A stretch of 62,921 nt of DNA, filler included, from Octopus bimaculoides (Eukaryota): NCBI RefSeq assembly GCF_001194135.2. It is 4 parts of 4 records of this genome, joined end to end, with 100 filler letters (N's around TTAATTAATTAA, not from the genome) between each part and the next. Parts side by side here need not be neighbours in the genome. Positions count along the whole stretch, not along the records: positions 35,294 to 57,823 come from NC_068984.1; 3 more parts are not named here. One strand, given 5' to 3'. The position numbers and the translations under genes are program-made. Positions within the stretch are counted from its first letter, which is position 1; every line of letters begins with the position of its first letter. This document shows positions 37,750 through 50,829 of the stretch, one piece after another. Under the pieces are notes generated by a model that worked only from the letters and a program-made list of their open reading frames with translations, did no database searches and was not told where the DNA came from.

Positions 37750-37915
37750 TTTATCGACAGAGGGCAGCGGGTTGGCAGAATCGTTAGCATGACGGGAAAA
37801 ATTCTTAGCTGCATTTCGTCTGTCTCTACGCTTGTTGATCGGATTCCACCGAGGTCGACTTTGCCTTCCCCTCTCTTGGGTTTGTAGTATTGTAAGTACC
37901 TAAATAGTTGAATGA
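37750..37915 (+). mobile_element. Family C SINE, CpGs retained
   Basis: GGCAGCGGGTTGGCAGAATCGTTAGC...CCGAGGTCGACTTTGCC. Confidence 0.8.
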
Positions 37916-39391
37916 TTTCCCTTGCAAGAAAGATCATAGAATAACCTCCCTTTTCTAAGTCTCTCGAAGGCATTTGTGTCATGAGACGTGATTCTTAATT
38001 ATTCAAGAAGCTTAGTGTTTTTCTTGGAATGTTTAGCGTACCACTAATAAAAACAGTTTGCTAACCCAGCTTTTCGCTTCTTAGTCGATTTGACTTAGAG
38101 CCTTTCACGTCATTCCTATGTCCGTCTATTTCTCTACGTTACAGGTTCAATGTAATCAACTTACTCCACTCTCCCCCAAATTACTGGTGTTGTGCTAAAA
38201 TTTGAAATCAATATTTTTATCCGCAGCCGCACTGTCATCATTATACGGAATATTTTACTGTCATTACATGGATTAGATTTGAATATAGAATCCTTTCTTA
38301 AGTGATACCTTGAGGTTTCATTTACGATGGATGCAGTCATAATAAACGGTTCAACTGATTGCATTAGAATTCGTTGCTGACTCGTTAGTTTGAGTAAAAA
38401 ACATGTATTTCTTTTTCAGGTTAGATTTTTGAGCCAATGTTTTGAAATATAGCGCAGTATAGTCCAAAGTCATGTGTCATCATTAAAAAGTGTTTCTACA
38501 AAAGTGATTAATTTTGCCAATTAATTCTAATGATATATTAATTTATGCACTTTTGTTTTTATCATTCCTTTTAAATCCAAGTAAAAATGTTTTTTTCAAA
38601 TCCAATTACTTTGCCTTGCCTCTCAGCACAGGCTCCTGAAAGCCGATATATATAGTGTAATCTACAGGCAAACCCACCAACTGATAAGAATAAATTGGCA
38701 ACCACACACTCCTTGACACGTACAACGCATGAACATGGAAATGTGTACAAGTTACATACTCCCGCACACAAATACACACAGATATTATTACTAGCGTTCA
38801 TTACTCTGGCTCATTACCAACGAGTATATAATTAGTTTAATCTCTAGCACGGTATACGTTTCTTTTGGTTTAGTAATTGTCTTCTGATACAAAGCGGAGA
38901 TGATACAATACAAAATACAAGCAAATATAAATATGGCTGTGCTAAATATATCTTATGTCTGCATTGATATATATGTGTGTATGTTTTTGTATGTGTGATT
39001 GTATGTTCACTTATGTATAGGCTTAATTACATATGTAGGAGTTTCTCAAAACACTGCACAAACAAATTGTGGGAGGCTTTCGGGGAGATAAATCTCTTTT
39101 CTTTTTAAAGTGAGTAAATAACAACAATTGTGTGTTGATAAGATTGTGTGTAAGTATTATACGTCGCACACCAACACTTGCAGAGATACAGGTGCATTAA
39201 TTTTTAAGATGATTCTTTGTAATTTCAAGTTCATTTGGCTGCTACTTTTGCTAACTCAAGCGGTCGCATAAATATATATATATATATGCTACAGATATGT
39301 CTGCTTTTCTACAGCCTCTATAAACCAGTAAAATCAAATTGGTCAACCTGGTTATTTTAGGAACAAAATAACTGCGAAAAACAAGGGGCCT

Positions 39392-39448
<57 letters not shown>

Positions 39449-41779
39449 CGTATGTATGTATATATACATATGGGAAATATTCCTCTGTATATTGAATCAA
39501 CTGAATCGAGACAGGTTTCCTTACAGTAGCAGACATTACTAGTCCAATCGTAACTTGATCTACATAAATTACCAATCGAAGTCTCGGGGAAAGATTTTTA
39601 TCTCTATTGATATGCGTTCTCTGCTCCCCGATACATATTTGTGGCTTAATTTGAAGCAGAAAATATGGTTGATACAAAGATGGCTGGTATTTCCAGCTAG
39701 TAAATATTTTGTAGACAGATTTCAACAAATGATTGCTTACATTTGGCTATGTAATCTTTATTCAGAAAAAATATACAGTCTAAAGCAGCTACCTGCCGGA
39801 TCAGTTGTGTAGCATTTTATTTTATCAGTGAATGGTAAAACCCTTGGAAAACGTTTCAAACGGAAGCTGTTTCGAATGTCTATATCTGAAACTGTAGACG
39901 GTTCTTGCCAATATTGATTGACGTATCATCGTAGAATTGTAACAGAACTTCTGGAATGATTTTTAGACAAAAAGAAAAAAAATGTCTTCATCCGATGCGC
40001 TTTCTCTATCCAATTAACACAAAATATCAATTATCGCAAAGCCTAAAATACCTGCTGATACCAATGAATGTTTCTAACTGTCAGTAGAGGAATACAAGCT
40101 GCCGATAGTACAATGTCATTAGACACGAGAATACATTAACGTTTACCTTACTTATGACAAGAAAGAATTCAGAGTTAAAAACGATGATTCTTATAAAGTA
40201 AGTAATTCTCTTCTGTGGGTCCTATTATGTAATTTAATTTCAATGAGAGTGTGGAAAGGAAAGAATTTTGGGGTTTCAACAAACAGTTTTTGGGTTTCAC
40301 CCGGGATCGCATACCTCAGAGCAAAAAGTTGCATGTAGATAAGACTTGCTATCATGCAGTATCCCAGCTCTAACTCCTCTGGTCTCACCTTGCATTATGA
40401 GTGGTTATGAATTCTGACTCGATAGGAGAAGGCTGATCATTCGGCACAGGCCTCCAAATGTATAATCAACCAGATCACAAACAGCAGATATTATGTTGAG
40501 TTGGTTGAGGTAATCACGGGCATCTGCAACAATGAACTATTTTCATTTACCCAATTTCATAACATGAAAGTAGCATATATACTCACAAATCTCGGATCAC
40601 TTACACATTCAGTTCCTTTTGTAGATGTTCCATAGGGAGTGTTTTCAGTGCTTCAAGAAGACCAGAAGTGTTTTTCTTCAAAAATAAATTCCGACTAAGG
40701 AAGCAGGTGAATACATATAGAAGATTCAAAAAGAAATAGAACTGTGCTTAATGCTGAGGATGTGGATTTGGGTGGGTATTACCAGGAAATTAATATATAT
40801 ATATATACAAAAGTAAATGAGTATATGCATATATACGTACAGGTATGTGCATACCGACATCCACCTGTATGTATAGGTGCATGTGNNNNNNNNNNNNNNN
40901 NNNNNNNNNNNNNNNNNNNNNNNNNNNNNNNNNNNNNNNNNNNNNNNNNNNNNNNNNNNNNNNNNNNNNNNNNNNNNNNNNNNNNNNNNNNNNNNNNNNN
41001 NNNNNNNNNNNNNNNNNNNNNNNNNNNNNNNNNNNNNNNNNNNNNNNNNNNNNNNNNNNNNNNNNNNNNNNNNNNNNNNNNNNNNNNNNNNNNNNNNNNN
41101 NNNNNNNNNNNNNNNNNNNNNNNNNNNNNNNNNNNNNNNNNNNNNNNNNNNNNNNNNNNNNNNNNNNNNNNNNNNNNNNNNNNNNNNNNNNNNNNNNNNN
41201 NNNNNNNNNNNNNNNNNNNNNNNNNNNNNNNNNNNNNNNNNNNNNNNNNNNNNNNNNNNNNNNNNNNNNNNNNNNNNNNNNNNNNNNNNNNNNNNNNNNN
41301 NNNNNNNNNNNNNNNNNNNNNNNNNNNNNNNNNNNNNNNNNNNNNNNNNNNNNNNNNNNNNNNNNNNNNNNNNNNNNNNNNNNNAATATATATATATATA
41401 CAAAAGTAAATGAGTATATGCATATATACGTACAGGTATGTGCATACCGACATCCACCTGTATGTATAGGTGCATGTGCATATATATATATATATTGCAC
41501 TGTAATAATCGTTATCGTCATCATCGCCGACATCGTAGTCGACATCATCATTATCGTCACATCTCGTCGTCATCATAAGATTCTCAATCGAGCTCAGCAC
41601 GAAGTACCAAGGATAACCATCTTTGTGTTTCTTGAGCTGCACTTGTACATTTGGCTTATTTTACATTTATCTCGTTCTTGATTTTATTAATCTACGAAAT
41701 GCATAATTTAATTTTCTCATTTTAGTAATATCTAATATAAATTTCTGAGTTTATGGTACTTCTACTCATACATTTTCCC

Positions 41780-42650
41780 TCATCTAAATGGTTTCTTGTT
41801 TACTTTACGAACGTATTTTGGTAAACCCGCATTTTTTAATAATCTGTATGATTCTAAACTTTTCTATATTTTATATTAATTGTTCTTGATGTTACTATCT
41901 TTGGTAAATTTCTAAATAGCTTTCTAGCATTTTCAAACTAGCTTTGAGAATTTCACGTTTTCTGTTTGTTTGTTTTTTTTGGTGTTTTGTGGGTATCAAT
42001 TTTGCTATCCGTTTGGCTTTCTAGCAATAGTAATATTTATACTTGTTTACTTGATCCTGGCTGATTACTACTCATTTGGATTAAGGACATTTATTTCCAT
42101 TCTATAGATCCCTTTTTTGTCATGAAAGGTAACGTAGCGATAATTTTATTAGAAATTAACAAGCCAGTGTCTTCTGCATATATATGGTTGTTGGTCTTCA
42201 TAGATTCAATCCACAACCTTCCTATCGCATTTCTGCAACGTAAGTAGATGTGTAAGCGATCCATGACTCATTACTATACATGCTATATCTGTGTTATGAA
42301 GATTTCTTTGTATATATTAACTTGGCCTGTATACACAGCTTTGTCTAACTCCTATATTAATTATACATTCTAAGGACTTTCCGTTCAGTTCTTAACAGTG
42401 TTTTTCTTTTGCAATAGATTTCGTGTTTGGTTATTAAATGTCTGTCACATAATTCGTGTTTTTTTTAGGCAATAAATCAATTTTGTAGATTTTACAGTGT
42501 CAAATACCCAATAAATTCTACAGAGCATCGGCAAACATTCGATTCATAGAATTATTCTACATCCTGTGGTTTTTTTAATCGCTTCCTTTGCAGGTTTGCT
42601 CTCCTTGTCTAAAAATCACTCTACAAGACATTCATTTATTGCTTACATCT
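41780..42650 (-). mobile_element. Decayed RTE-clade LINE RT fragment
   Basis: Hand translation: VFDTVKSTKLIYCL, NIGVRQSCV, NNHIYAEDTGLL, resembling AFD.V.H.KLI.CL / GVRQGC / NNLRYADDT.LL. Confidence 0.6.
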
Positions 42651-43369
42651 TTATGTTGAATATAAATCTTTCCTGGATAAATTTCAGCAATACTTTAATC
42701 ATGTAACTAATTGAGCTAATCTATAAAATATCTATTCAATTACGAACTCTTAATGTAGAAACACACACACGTGCCCGGGCGCATACACACATATATACGT
42801 GAATATATGTAGATGTCTATACAAATATACATCTTTGTGTGTGTGTGTGTGTAACGTGAATGTGTTAGTGAGGGGGGATATATGTATGTCACTCGGAGAT
42901 TAGATTTCATATGATCCTCAGAATGAATAATCGGATCCTGCTTTACCGTTTAGAAGCTGAACTAACCATACTAACGTAATTCTAACTATTCTAACGTAAT
43001 TCAGCGTTACACATAATGTGCCAAACCATGGCTTGTAAATTAGACACCATCCTCTCGACGGACTTCATTAATTGCTCCGATTTCACTATCCTATTTCACT
43101 CAGAAATTATAGGATCTATATTATAGGTCATACAGAAGTTAGAGAAAATGACAAACGCCCAAAATTATTCGAGATCGACTTCGAAATCTTACCACTGTGA
43201 ACTTAAAACAAATATATTAGTTTACTTCTTACCATTTATTTTTAAAATTAACATTAAATAATATACTTTGTTCTGTAGTTGTATTCTTCTTCTATAATTT
43301 TGTTATGAATTTACATATTTATATAATTTTTTTACCTCATTTTAGATAGAGGATAATAGACAGCAAAGC

Positions 43370-44350
43370 AAAACTAAATAAATTAACCATTTTCGACACC
43401 TACATTTCTTCGTTTTCAATGAAAATACCAAAGCTACCAAAGCTGCTCGCGGTATTTGTGTTGTGTATGGAGAAACTGCCATTACTGAAAGAACTGCGCA
43501 GACTTGATTTCCATGCTAAGAGAAGGGGAAATTCAACCTCACATTATCTCTGCGTACCGGCCACCACTTCAGCTCTTGAGAGGATTTGTAGAATTAGCTT
43601 ATCCACGATGACCCACGCCAATCAAGAAAATGCTCCCAGTTCTATCTCGTGATAAATTCGGCCGTCACCTTCACTCAATAGTAGAAGTCCAAAACATCAA
43701 TGCCTAAGTTTCACGCTCTCTAAACGAATGAAACAAACTCTAGTCTCCTCTACGGCCGTCTGTTTGCTCGCTCCCTCAATTCTATATCAGGCTAATCTTT
43801 ATCCAATCATCACTGACGATGACAAATTGCGGCTTTAGGTCAATTATGAATTGGAGAGAAGAACGGCTAGATACTGACGAGCAGCGTCTCGAACCAAGCA
43901 AGAGTTGAATTCCTCCATTACCGTGATCTGCGCTTGGTGGGACTGGGAAGGGATAACGCTCCTCAAAATGCATGCAAACAATCACACGGTCAATGTAGAG
44001 CTTGACGTTTAGCAAATCCGTCTGCTCAATAAGGCAATCTAGCCGAAACGATCCAATCGATGAAACCATTCTTCAACACGACAACGATCGAACTTACATC
44101 GCTAAGTTGACCAAAAATTCTGTTCAGAGCTCGTATAGGACATTCTAACACCGCCACCGTATCCTCCTAATGTAGCACTTTCGAATTATTATCCTTTCGG
44201 CGCTCTTCAACAGAGTGCGAGACATTTCATTCAATAATGCCGTGGAACTGAAGACGTGACTCGATGAACTCTTCGAGCTGAGACTCTGTGATTTCTACAG
44301 TCAAAGTCATCGGCATGATGTCATCAACAACGGAGGAAAATATATTAATT
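43370..44350 (+). mobile_element. mariner (Mos1/SETMAR-type) transposase pseudogene, nearly full length
   Basis: KATKAARGICVVYGETAITERTAQ (HTH), IITDDDK (TGDEK-like), VICAWWDWEGI, HDN-like CAACACGACAAC, and PPYPPNVA (PPYSPDLA-like). Many stops. Confidence 0.85.
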
Positions 44351-45060
44351 TCTTGAAATTGTTGATAAAGGATAAGGATTAAGATTGTAATCTGGATAGA
44401 GTAACTGCAGATTTCTCAATAATTCAGCATTGGTGTTCTCTTTTCCACTGATCTTCAGCTTTTCAACATCCACAACTGTGCACAGTTTCTCTTCTCTGTC
44501 CCAAATTATTATATCTGGTTTGTTGTACTTACATTGTGTTGAGGTCTTCACTGGTACATTCCACCAGTGTTCCTTTTTATTATGTGTGGCTATGACTTCT
44601 ATCATATTGTGGGTCTTTATTTCTTTGTCCTCGGAATTATCCTTCCGACAGATTTCATTATAGAATGTTCTAGCTACAATGTCAAGTCTCAGTAGATAAG
44701 ACCGTGATGACATTTCCGGACAGCTGCTTATGATGTGAGTGATATCTTCAGTGTGATATCCACAAATTCTGCATCGGTCGTCACATTTTACGGCTTTTCC
44801 TGCATCTCTATCCCTTTTGTGCATCAAGTATTTGTTTGATATTTCCTTTTCCTGGATTGCAAACGCATACCTTTCAAAGTGTGAGGTAGTAATTCGGCTA
44901 TTCGTTCATGAAGAAATGCTTTGATGATCGATGTTACTATCATCACCGAGCTTTCTACTAACATATCCATGCATAGTCTTCTGCTCATGTAGGCTCATCC
45001 GTTCATTTCATGATATGTTGCGGTAGAGTTGTGCGACTTCTTTGGGCATGTATTTAACGT
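44345..45060 (-). mobile_element. R4/Dong-type LINE fragment (CCHC and REL), second subfamily
   Basis: CRICGYHTEDITHIISSCPEMSSRSYLLRLDIVA...WWNVPVKTSTQCKYNKPDIIIWDREEKLCTVVD. Confidence 0.85.
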
Positions 45061-45140
45061 TATCAGACGATGAGTATTGCTCAAGGAGCAGCCCTCCAAG
45101 TCTTGTATGTATTTATGTATGTTCTCTTTTGCTTTTTCAG

Positions 45141-45189
45141 TTCAGAGTAAATTTTAACGAAGCTCCTACGGCGTAGCTAAGTTGTGAAG
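45141..45189 (+). other. Candidate 49-nt non-coding exon
   Basis: Acceptor GTTCTCTTTTGCTTTTTCAG| and donor AAG|GTAAGT; stop codons in all three frames. Confidence 0.4.
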
Positions 45190-45989
45190 GTAAGTATCTT
45201 GTTTTAACCATCATCATTTAAATCTTACGATGGTCTGGAAGATTTTTGTAGTTTGTGAAATTTGTAGTTTATGAAATAAGGATTTGCATTCTCTCCCCAA
45301 GATCTCCATCTTCCAAGCTCAGCCATATTTTGCACTAGACTGGTCGATGTAGTGTTGGTCCAATAATTATGTATGAAACTGAAAGTGTATCTTGGGTACC
45401 GGATTTGCACACTGTTTATCTGGCCCATAGATATCTGGCCAGTTCTGTATGTATGTATGTATGTATGGATGGATGGATGGATGGATGGATGGATAGATGT
45501 ATGCATGCATGCATGCATGTACGTATGTATGTACGTACGTATGTCTGTAAGTAGGTAGGTAGGTATGCCTATATGTATGATTGGATGTACCTCAGTATGT
45601 ATATATGTGTTATGTATGTGTATGCATGTGTGTATGCATGTATATACTTATGTATGTATGCATGGATGGATGGATGGATGGATGGATGGATGGATATCAG
45701 TATGTATGCACCTAAAATATAAGCATATATAAAAACACAAGCACACTTTTGCACGTGTGTGTGTTTTATGTTTCTATGAAGAAATTGATCCTTCGAATAA
45801 CAAGTACAAAAAGATTTATTGAAATGTGTAATTTTGCAATTTAGTTATAGATTTGTTATTTATTTAGCCAACTTTAGAGAGGCCAATTTCTGTTTTATAT
45901 GGCATTCCTCTTTAAGAAGTTTGGGTTGTTTTATTGTAGATAATTAATTTTACAGCTTGTCACCACTCAATGCGCAAGAAATGTGTGCA

Positions 45990-47000
45990 ATATTTAGAGA
46001 AATATATGAAATTAGATTTTATTTATTCGATCGCTAATGAATCAGTATCTGTTTGTTATGTCAAAATACTTTGTGATGATGTAATGTAGTGTTCAAAGAT
46101 GAAAGATACCCGAAATGGAAACATTCATGTTAAGTATATAAACATGAACTTTTCAAGGCATTGAAAGGTTTTGAAACGTGCCTAACGTTCCTGTCATTTT
46201 TCATGTTATCATGACATACTAATATTAAAACGGAGAGTGATGCTTCTAGCAATATATCTTTTTAACGTAGTTAGGAGTGGAGTACCAAATACGGTTAAAA
46301 TGTTTATTGTACCAGCCGTTAATGAAGTCATAGAAACCGTTATAGGGAAGATATCTGAACATATTCTTGAAGTTATGCCACTGCATAACACCACAGTGCA
46401 ATGTCATACTGATGAACAGTCAAAATTATTGAAGAAAAAGTAAGTCTTCGATCCAGTAGGATGAATAAAGGCGAATAAATACTTCCTAACGTAACAAACG
46501 TAGCCACAGTAAAACATGCATTATTCATAGATTTCTATTCGTCAAAATGTCTTAAAACCTCCAACGGTTTTCTTTTGTTTGGAAAGTATTTGATATAGGA
46601 TGCAATTCACCTTAACAACATGATGGCGCTTTACTCTAATGGCGCTTCACTTTAATGGCACTTCACTATAATTCTTTAAGCCATTGAAAGAAAGTTTTGC
46701 AAATCATGATTGGTAGATTCCAAGGATGTCGGCTTTCCAACAGAAAATAGAATGTGATGTTTGCAGTATACATTCGGAATTATACAGACTATATTTTGTA
46801 AAAAAATACTCCGCTGCGATTTTCACGATTATCTGCAAGTATGCATCCGGTTTTCGATATTATTCATTATTATATGCTATGAAAAATGTCTCAAAAAGCT
46901 TCTATTGCATAATAAAGTAAGTTGGTATCGCATGGAGAGAGCTTACGAAAGTTACATGAACATTTATTATTCACGGATATTTTTTTTAAAGATGTGAAGT
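45990..47000 (+). mobile_element. hAT Charlie/Buster (ZBED5/SCAND3-like) transposase remnant
   Basis: KKCVQYLEKYMKLDFI; RSGVPNTVKMFIVPAVNEVIETV...VMPLHNTTVQ, resembling KSGKPHTIGE.LILPA.KEV..TV...IPLSNNTVQ; KLLLHNKVSW, resembling LLLHTEVRW. Confidence 0.8.
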
Positions 47001-47109
47001 TTGTTAAAGTTATGAATCCATACTCTAGTAATGAAGAGTGGCTGTGTGAAAACATGGCATATAAATGACGTTTCGAACACTATGCATAATTGCTATTATT
47101 AAAGATAGA

Positions 47110-47335
47110 TTTTAAGGTGGTGAGATGGCAGAATCATTAGCACGACGGGCAAAATGCCTCGCGGTATTTCGCTAAGTTCAAATTCTACTCAGGTCGACTT
47201 TACCTTTCATCATTCTGGGTTCGATAAATTAAGTTGCAGTCAAGTACTGAGCTTGATGTGATCGACTTACCAGCTCCATGCAAATTTCAGGGCTTCTGCC
47301 TATAGTAGAAAGGATCATTAAAAATAGATTATCAC
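47110..47335 (+). mobile_element. Family C SINE with a duplicated 40-bp tail (47297-47375)
   Basis: GGTGGTGAGATGGCAGAATCATTAGC...AGGTCGACTTTACC. Tail unit TGCCTATAGTAGAAAGGATCATT... is present twice. Confidence 0.8.
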
Positions 47336-47773
47336 CTGCCTATAGTAGAAAGAATCATTAAGAATAGATTATCACAGACAGTGATTTGATTTAATTAACT
47401 TATTGTCAATCCTCTAAATTCACTCGACTACACCACATAATTTTCACTGTGTTTGTATATATGTGTGCAATGGTGAAGGAGGCGTTAATGTGTCTGTTAT
47501 GGTGTCGAGTGAGGATGGAAATTCAACACCCGTAAGTTTACGCCAGTAGATAACCACTTTTTACCACAGAAGTACAGTGAAGCATGGCTTAGGCAACTAC
47601 AAAATTTTGATATTTTAAGAATGTGTCTGAAAAATATGTTGTTAAAAATTTCAAAGATATCATTCTAAAATATGAAAAATCGTGATAAAGAAAATTAAAG
47701 TTAGAGGACAGTTGTAATTTCAATGAAAGATTATTGGAAAATATGCCTCTCAACATATTATATACATATACGT

Positions 47774-47857
<84 letters not shown>

Positions 47858-47949
47858 TATGAAAGTGTGAAACAAAGCAAAACAAGAAAATACAAGGGGG
47901 ACAAATTTTTACAATTACTCTCATGCATGGAATGTAAAAATCAAAATCC

Positions 47950-48240
47950 GTTTTAAACCTTTCGGACATTAGAGTCTTTCATCAGACAGACAGGAAGAAG
48001 GGAGGAAGAAAGAAAGGAAAGCGAAGAAGAATTGTGGGGGTCAAGTTGGACTGTGGTTCTATAGGAAAAGTTATGAAGAGAGCAGTTAGTAAGGGAGGAA
48101 GAGGTAAGGTGTTGTGTGCACATATAATAGAGCATATTTGTGTAACGGGTGCGGTGTGGAAATGCTTAGCAGAGATGAGTGCAGTTGAGGGGGATGTGAG
48201 TGATATAAATGAGGGAGATAAAATAGAGAAATAATGAAGA
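47950..48240 (-). mobile_element. Penelope-type terminal repeat with a degenerate hammerhead core
   Basis: CT-rich minus strand ending CTGATGAAAGACTCTAATGTCCGAAAGG (47958-47985). Confidence 0.5.
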
Positions 48241-49427
48241 CAATGGCGTAGTAAGTGCAAATACAACTAAAAGGGAAAAGATGGGGACTCACACACACAC
48301 GCACACATATGCATACACACATACATATTTGAGTGAGTGCTGGTGTGTGTGTGTGCGTGTGTGTGTGTGTGGGGCCCTTTAGAACTTGTTCCTTTTTTAA
48401 AAGTGAGTCGATTTGTAACCGTATTTTGAAACCGAAGCAATATAATATCGAGTAAGATCACTTTTTTTTCCACTTTAACATCTATGTATATATCGCTGGA
48501 CTACAAATGAAGGAAATAGTTTTTTTTGCGTGTGTAAGAAAAGTAATGACGTATTGATCAAAATCAAACATTTAGAAACGTGAAATAGGCTCAAATTTAT
48601 ATTAAAAAGTCATGTTTCTCTGATTATTCGTTCATTTGACTGTCCGTCACGCTATTTCAATGAATTCACGAAACCAGGCGTTTTGTAGAATGCGAAAATT
48701 ATTTATTATGACGTTAGTTCTATCGAATTTTCAACACGGCAAATTAAAAGTAGGTATTATATGTGATATTTTTCCTTAACATTTTATTTCGTTTAAAAAT
48801 GTTGATACATTTCTATTATGACGTCATAATTTGCCGATTTCCTTCATAAATACGCGATCAAAGATTTTCCCGAAATTTATTTTGCGAAACAAGTTAAAAA
48901 GCTGTCGATGTATTCAATTTTATTGCCTTCACATAAGCAATGCAAGAAAAATAATGTTCATATTTTATTTTTGGTCAAAATAATTTTTTGTTACCACTGA
49001 AAATAGAATGCTTATAAATATTTCACACTCTACTAAACAATAAATTGTATGAAAAAAGGAAGCAGATGAAAATGTCGGGCAGTCAACAAGAAAGAGAAAG
49101 GTAACAAAAATAGCAAATTTCAGTCGATAAAACAGCTTATTCAGCAGTAAAGTTGTTCTAAACGTATTTGGTTTTATTGAATGGAATTTCTTGTAACACT
49201 TAGAACTACTTATTTTTGGTGATGAGAAAGTATTTCACACAACAAATTACTCTGTATAACATTAAATTCTGCTGCTTCTAAAACAAATATAATATAGTCC
49301 ACTTAAATATTTGTTGATATACAAAAATTTGTAAATTTCCAAAAAAATCGTGACAAAACCCATCTTATGAATAAAAATGATTCCCTGACATTTCTGATTT
49401 GCTACTTTATGTATGAGGTAGTATAAG

Positions 49428-49812
49428 CTACTGGAGGCGCAATGGCCCAGTGTTTGGGGCAGTGGAACGCGGTTATAGGATCGCGGTTTCGATTGCCAGA
49501 CCGGGCGTTGTGAGTGTTTATTTAGCGAAAACACCGACAGCTCCACGAGGCTCCGGCAGGGTATGGTGGTGAACCCTGCTGTACTCTTTCACCACAACTT
49601 ACTCTCACGCTTATTTCTTGTTTCTGTTGTGCCTGTAATTCAAAGGGTTAGCCTTGTCACACTGTGTCACGCTGAATACCCCCGAGAACTACGTTAAGGG
49701 TACACGTGTATGTGGAGTGCTCAGCCACTTTCACGTTAATTTCATGAGGAGGCTGTTCCGTTGATCGGATCAACTGGAACGCTTGACGTCGTAAGCAACG
49801 GAGTGCCAACAC
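49428..49812 (+). mobile_element. tRNA-derived SINE with a family-A 3' tail but a different middle domain
   Basis: Head GGAGGCGCAATGGCCCAGTG...GGTTTCGATTGCC. The 3' ~170 nt (GCCTTGTCACACTGTGTCACGCTGAAT...GAGTGCTCAGCCACT) match the tails of 1-260 and 52075-52400. Confidence 0.8.
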
Positions 49813-50569
49813 ACATTCAGGATAAGCTAAGTGATTTCCCTTACATATCAGAGAGAAAACTTATAAATCACATTCTCTTTGATATTCTTGTTGTGTTACA
49901 AAAGTTGCTAACATACACGCCCGCACTTACAAATACATGAGCTTTTCTCTGGTATCTACACCTGCTAGAAATAGCAGATAACCCTCCTTGGAATCATAAA
50001 ATCGTCGCTTCATGATAATGAAAATAGATCCTTTATTATAAATGTTGCTTATTGAAATTAACTTATCTCTGTAAATGAAATAGTGTACAAGATATGCACT
50101 GAGTTTGCAGACTCTGATTTAAAATATTTTCATTATTTTATAGTTAAAAAATATAGAAATATTATTTATTACACTTTCGCTGAGTAAGACTACAATTTCA
50201 ATAATTCCCCAATTAAAATGTTCCCAATATGAAATCTACTTTCTGAAATAAAATTGGGACAAAGTTAATAAATTTTGCATTCCCTAAAAGGCCATTTGTA
50301 TTTAAGCTGCATGAATTTTATATTAAATGTTGCTTTGCAAATATTAAAAAAAAAAAATATGAATTTAAAATCTTACCATCTTGGCTTCAACAAAGCGACG
50401 ATTATTGAAATAGTTTAGCCGAAAAACTGGTTAATATAAGTAGGTAAAATATCTAAAATTTATGGACAATTATTTATGAAATAACAGGCTGTGTTAACAA
50501 AATAAAACAATCAAAATCTTACAGAGTTTCATAGAAATAGATGGATGTTAAGCGATGGATAAGTGTGTG

Positions 50570-50622
<53 letters not shown>

Positions 50623-50624
<2 letters not shown>

Positions 50625-50829
50625 ATTCCCTCGACTAACGCGGTGTTACGTTCCAAAAACCCTCGCCATTGCTGAAATCCGCGTAGAAACAGTATTGTAC
50701 TGTATATATTTTTCTGTTATTGTTTTTTATAATTTGTATATATTTATTTCATTATAAATACAAAACTCCACGGAGGAATTGACGTAAGCTTAAATAATAA
50801 ACTGCGATAGGTGAACCGCGATATGGTGA
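50623..50829. mobile_element. Tigger/pogo-like MITE
   Basis: Imperfect TIRs GTATTCCCTCGACTAACGCGG ... ACCGCGATATGGTGA; AT-rich interior. Confidence 0.55.

Noticed and set aside
39460-39870. Possible additional Tc1/mariner remnant on the minus strand
   Set aside because: Only a vague similarity by eye; I could not anchor a diagnostic motif.
40200-40700. Possible RTE RT remnant on the minus strand
   Set aside because: Motifs are too eroded to support a call without a profile search.
40791-41478. Identical ~95-bp sequence on both sides of a gap
   Set aside because: Most likely overlapping contig ends with a mis-sized gap. It cannot be called a real duplication without long reads.
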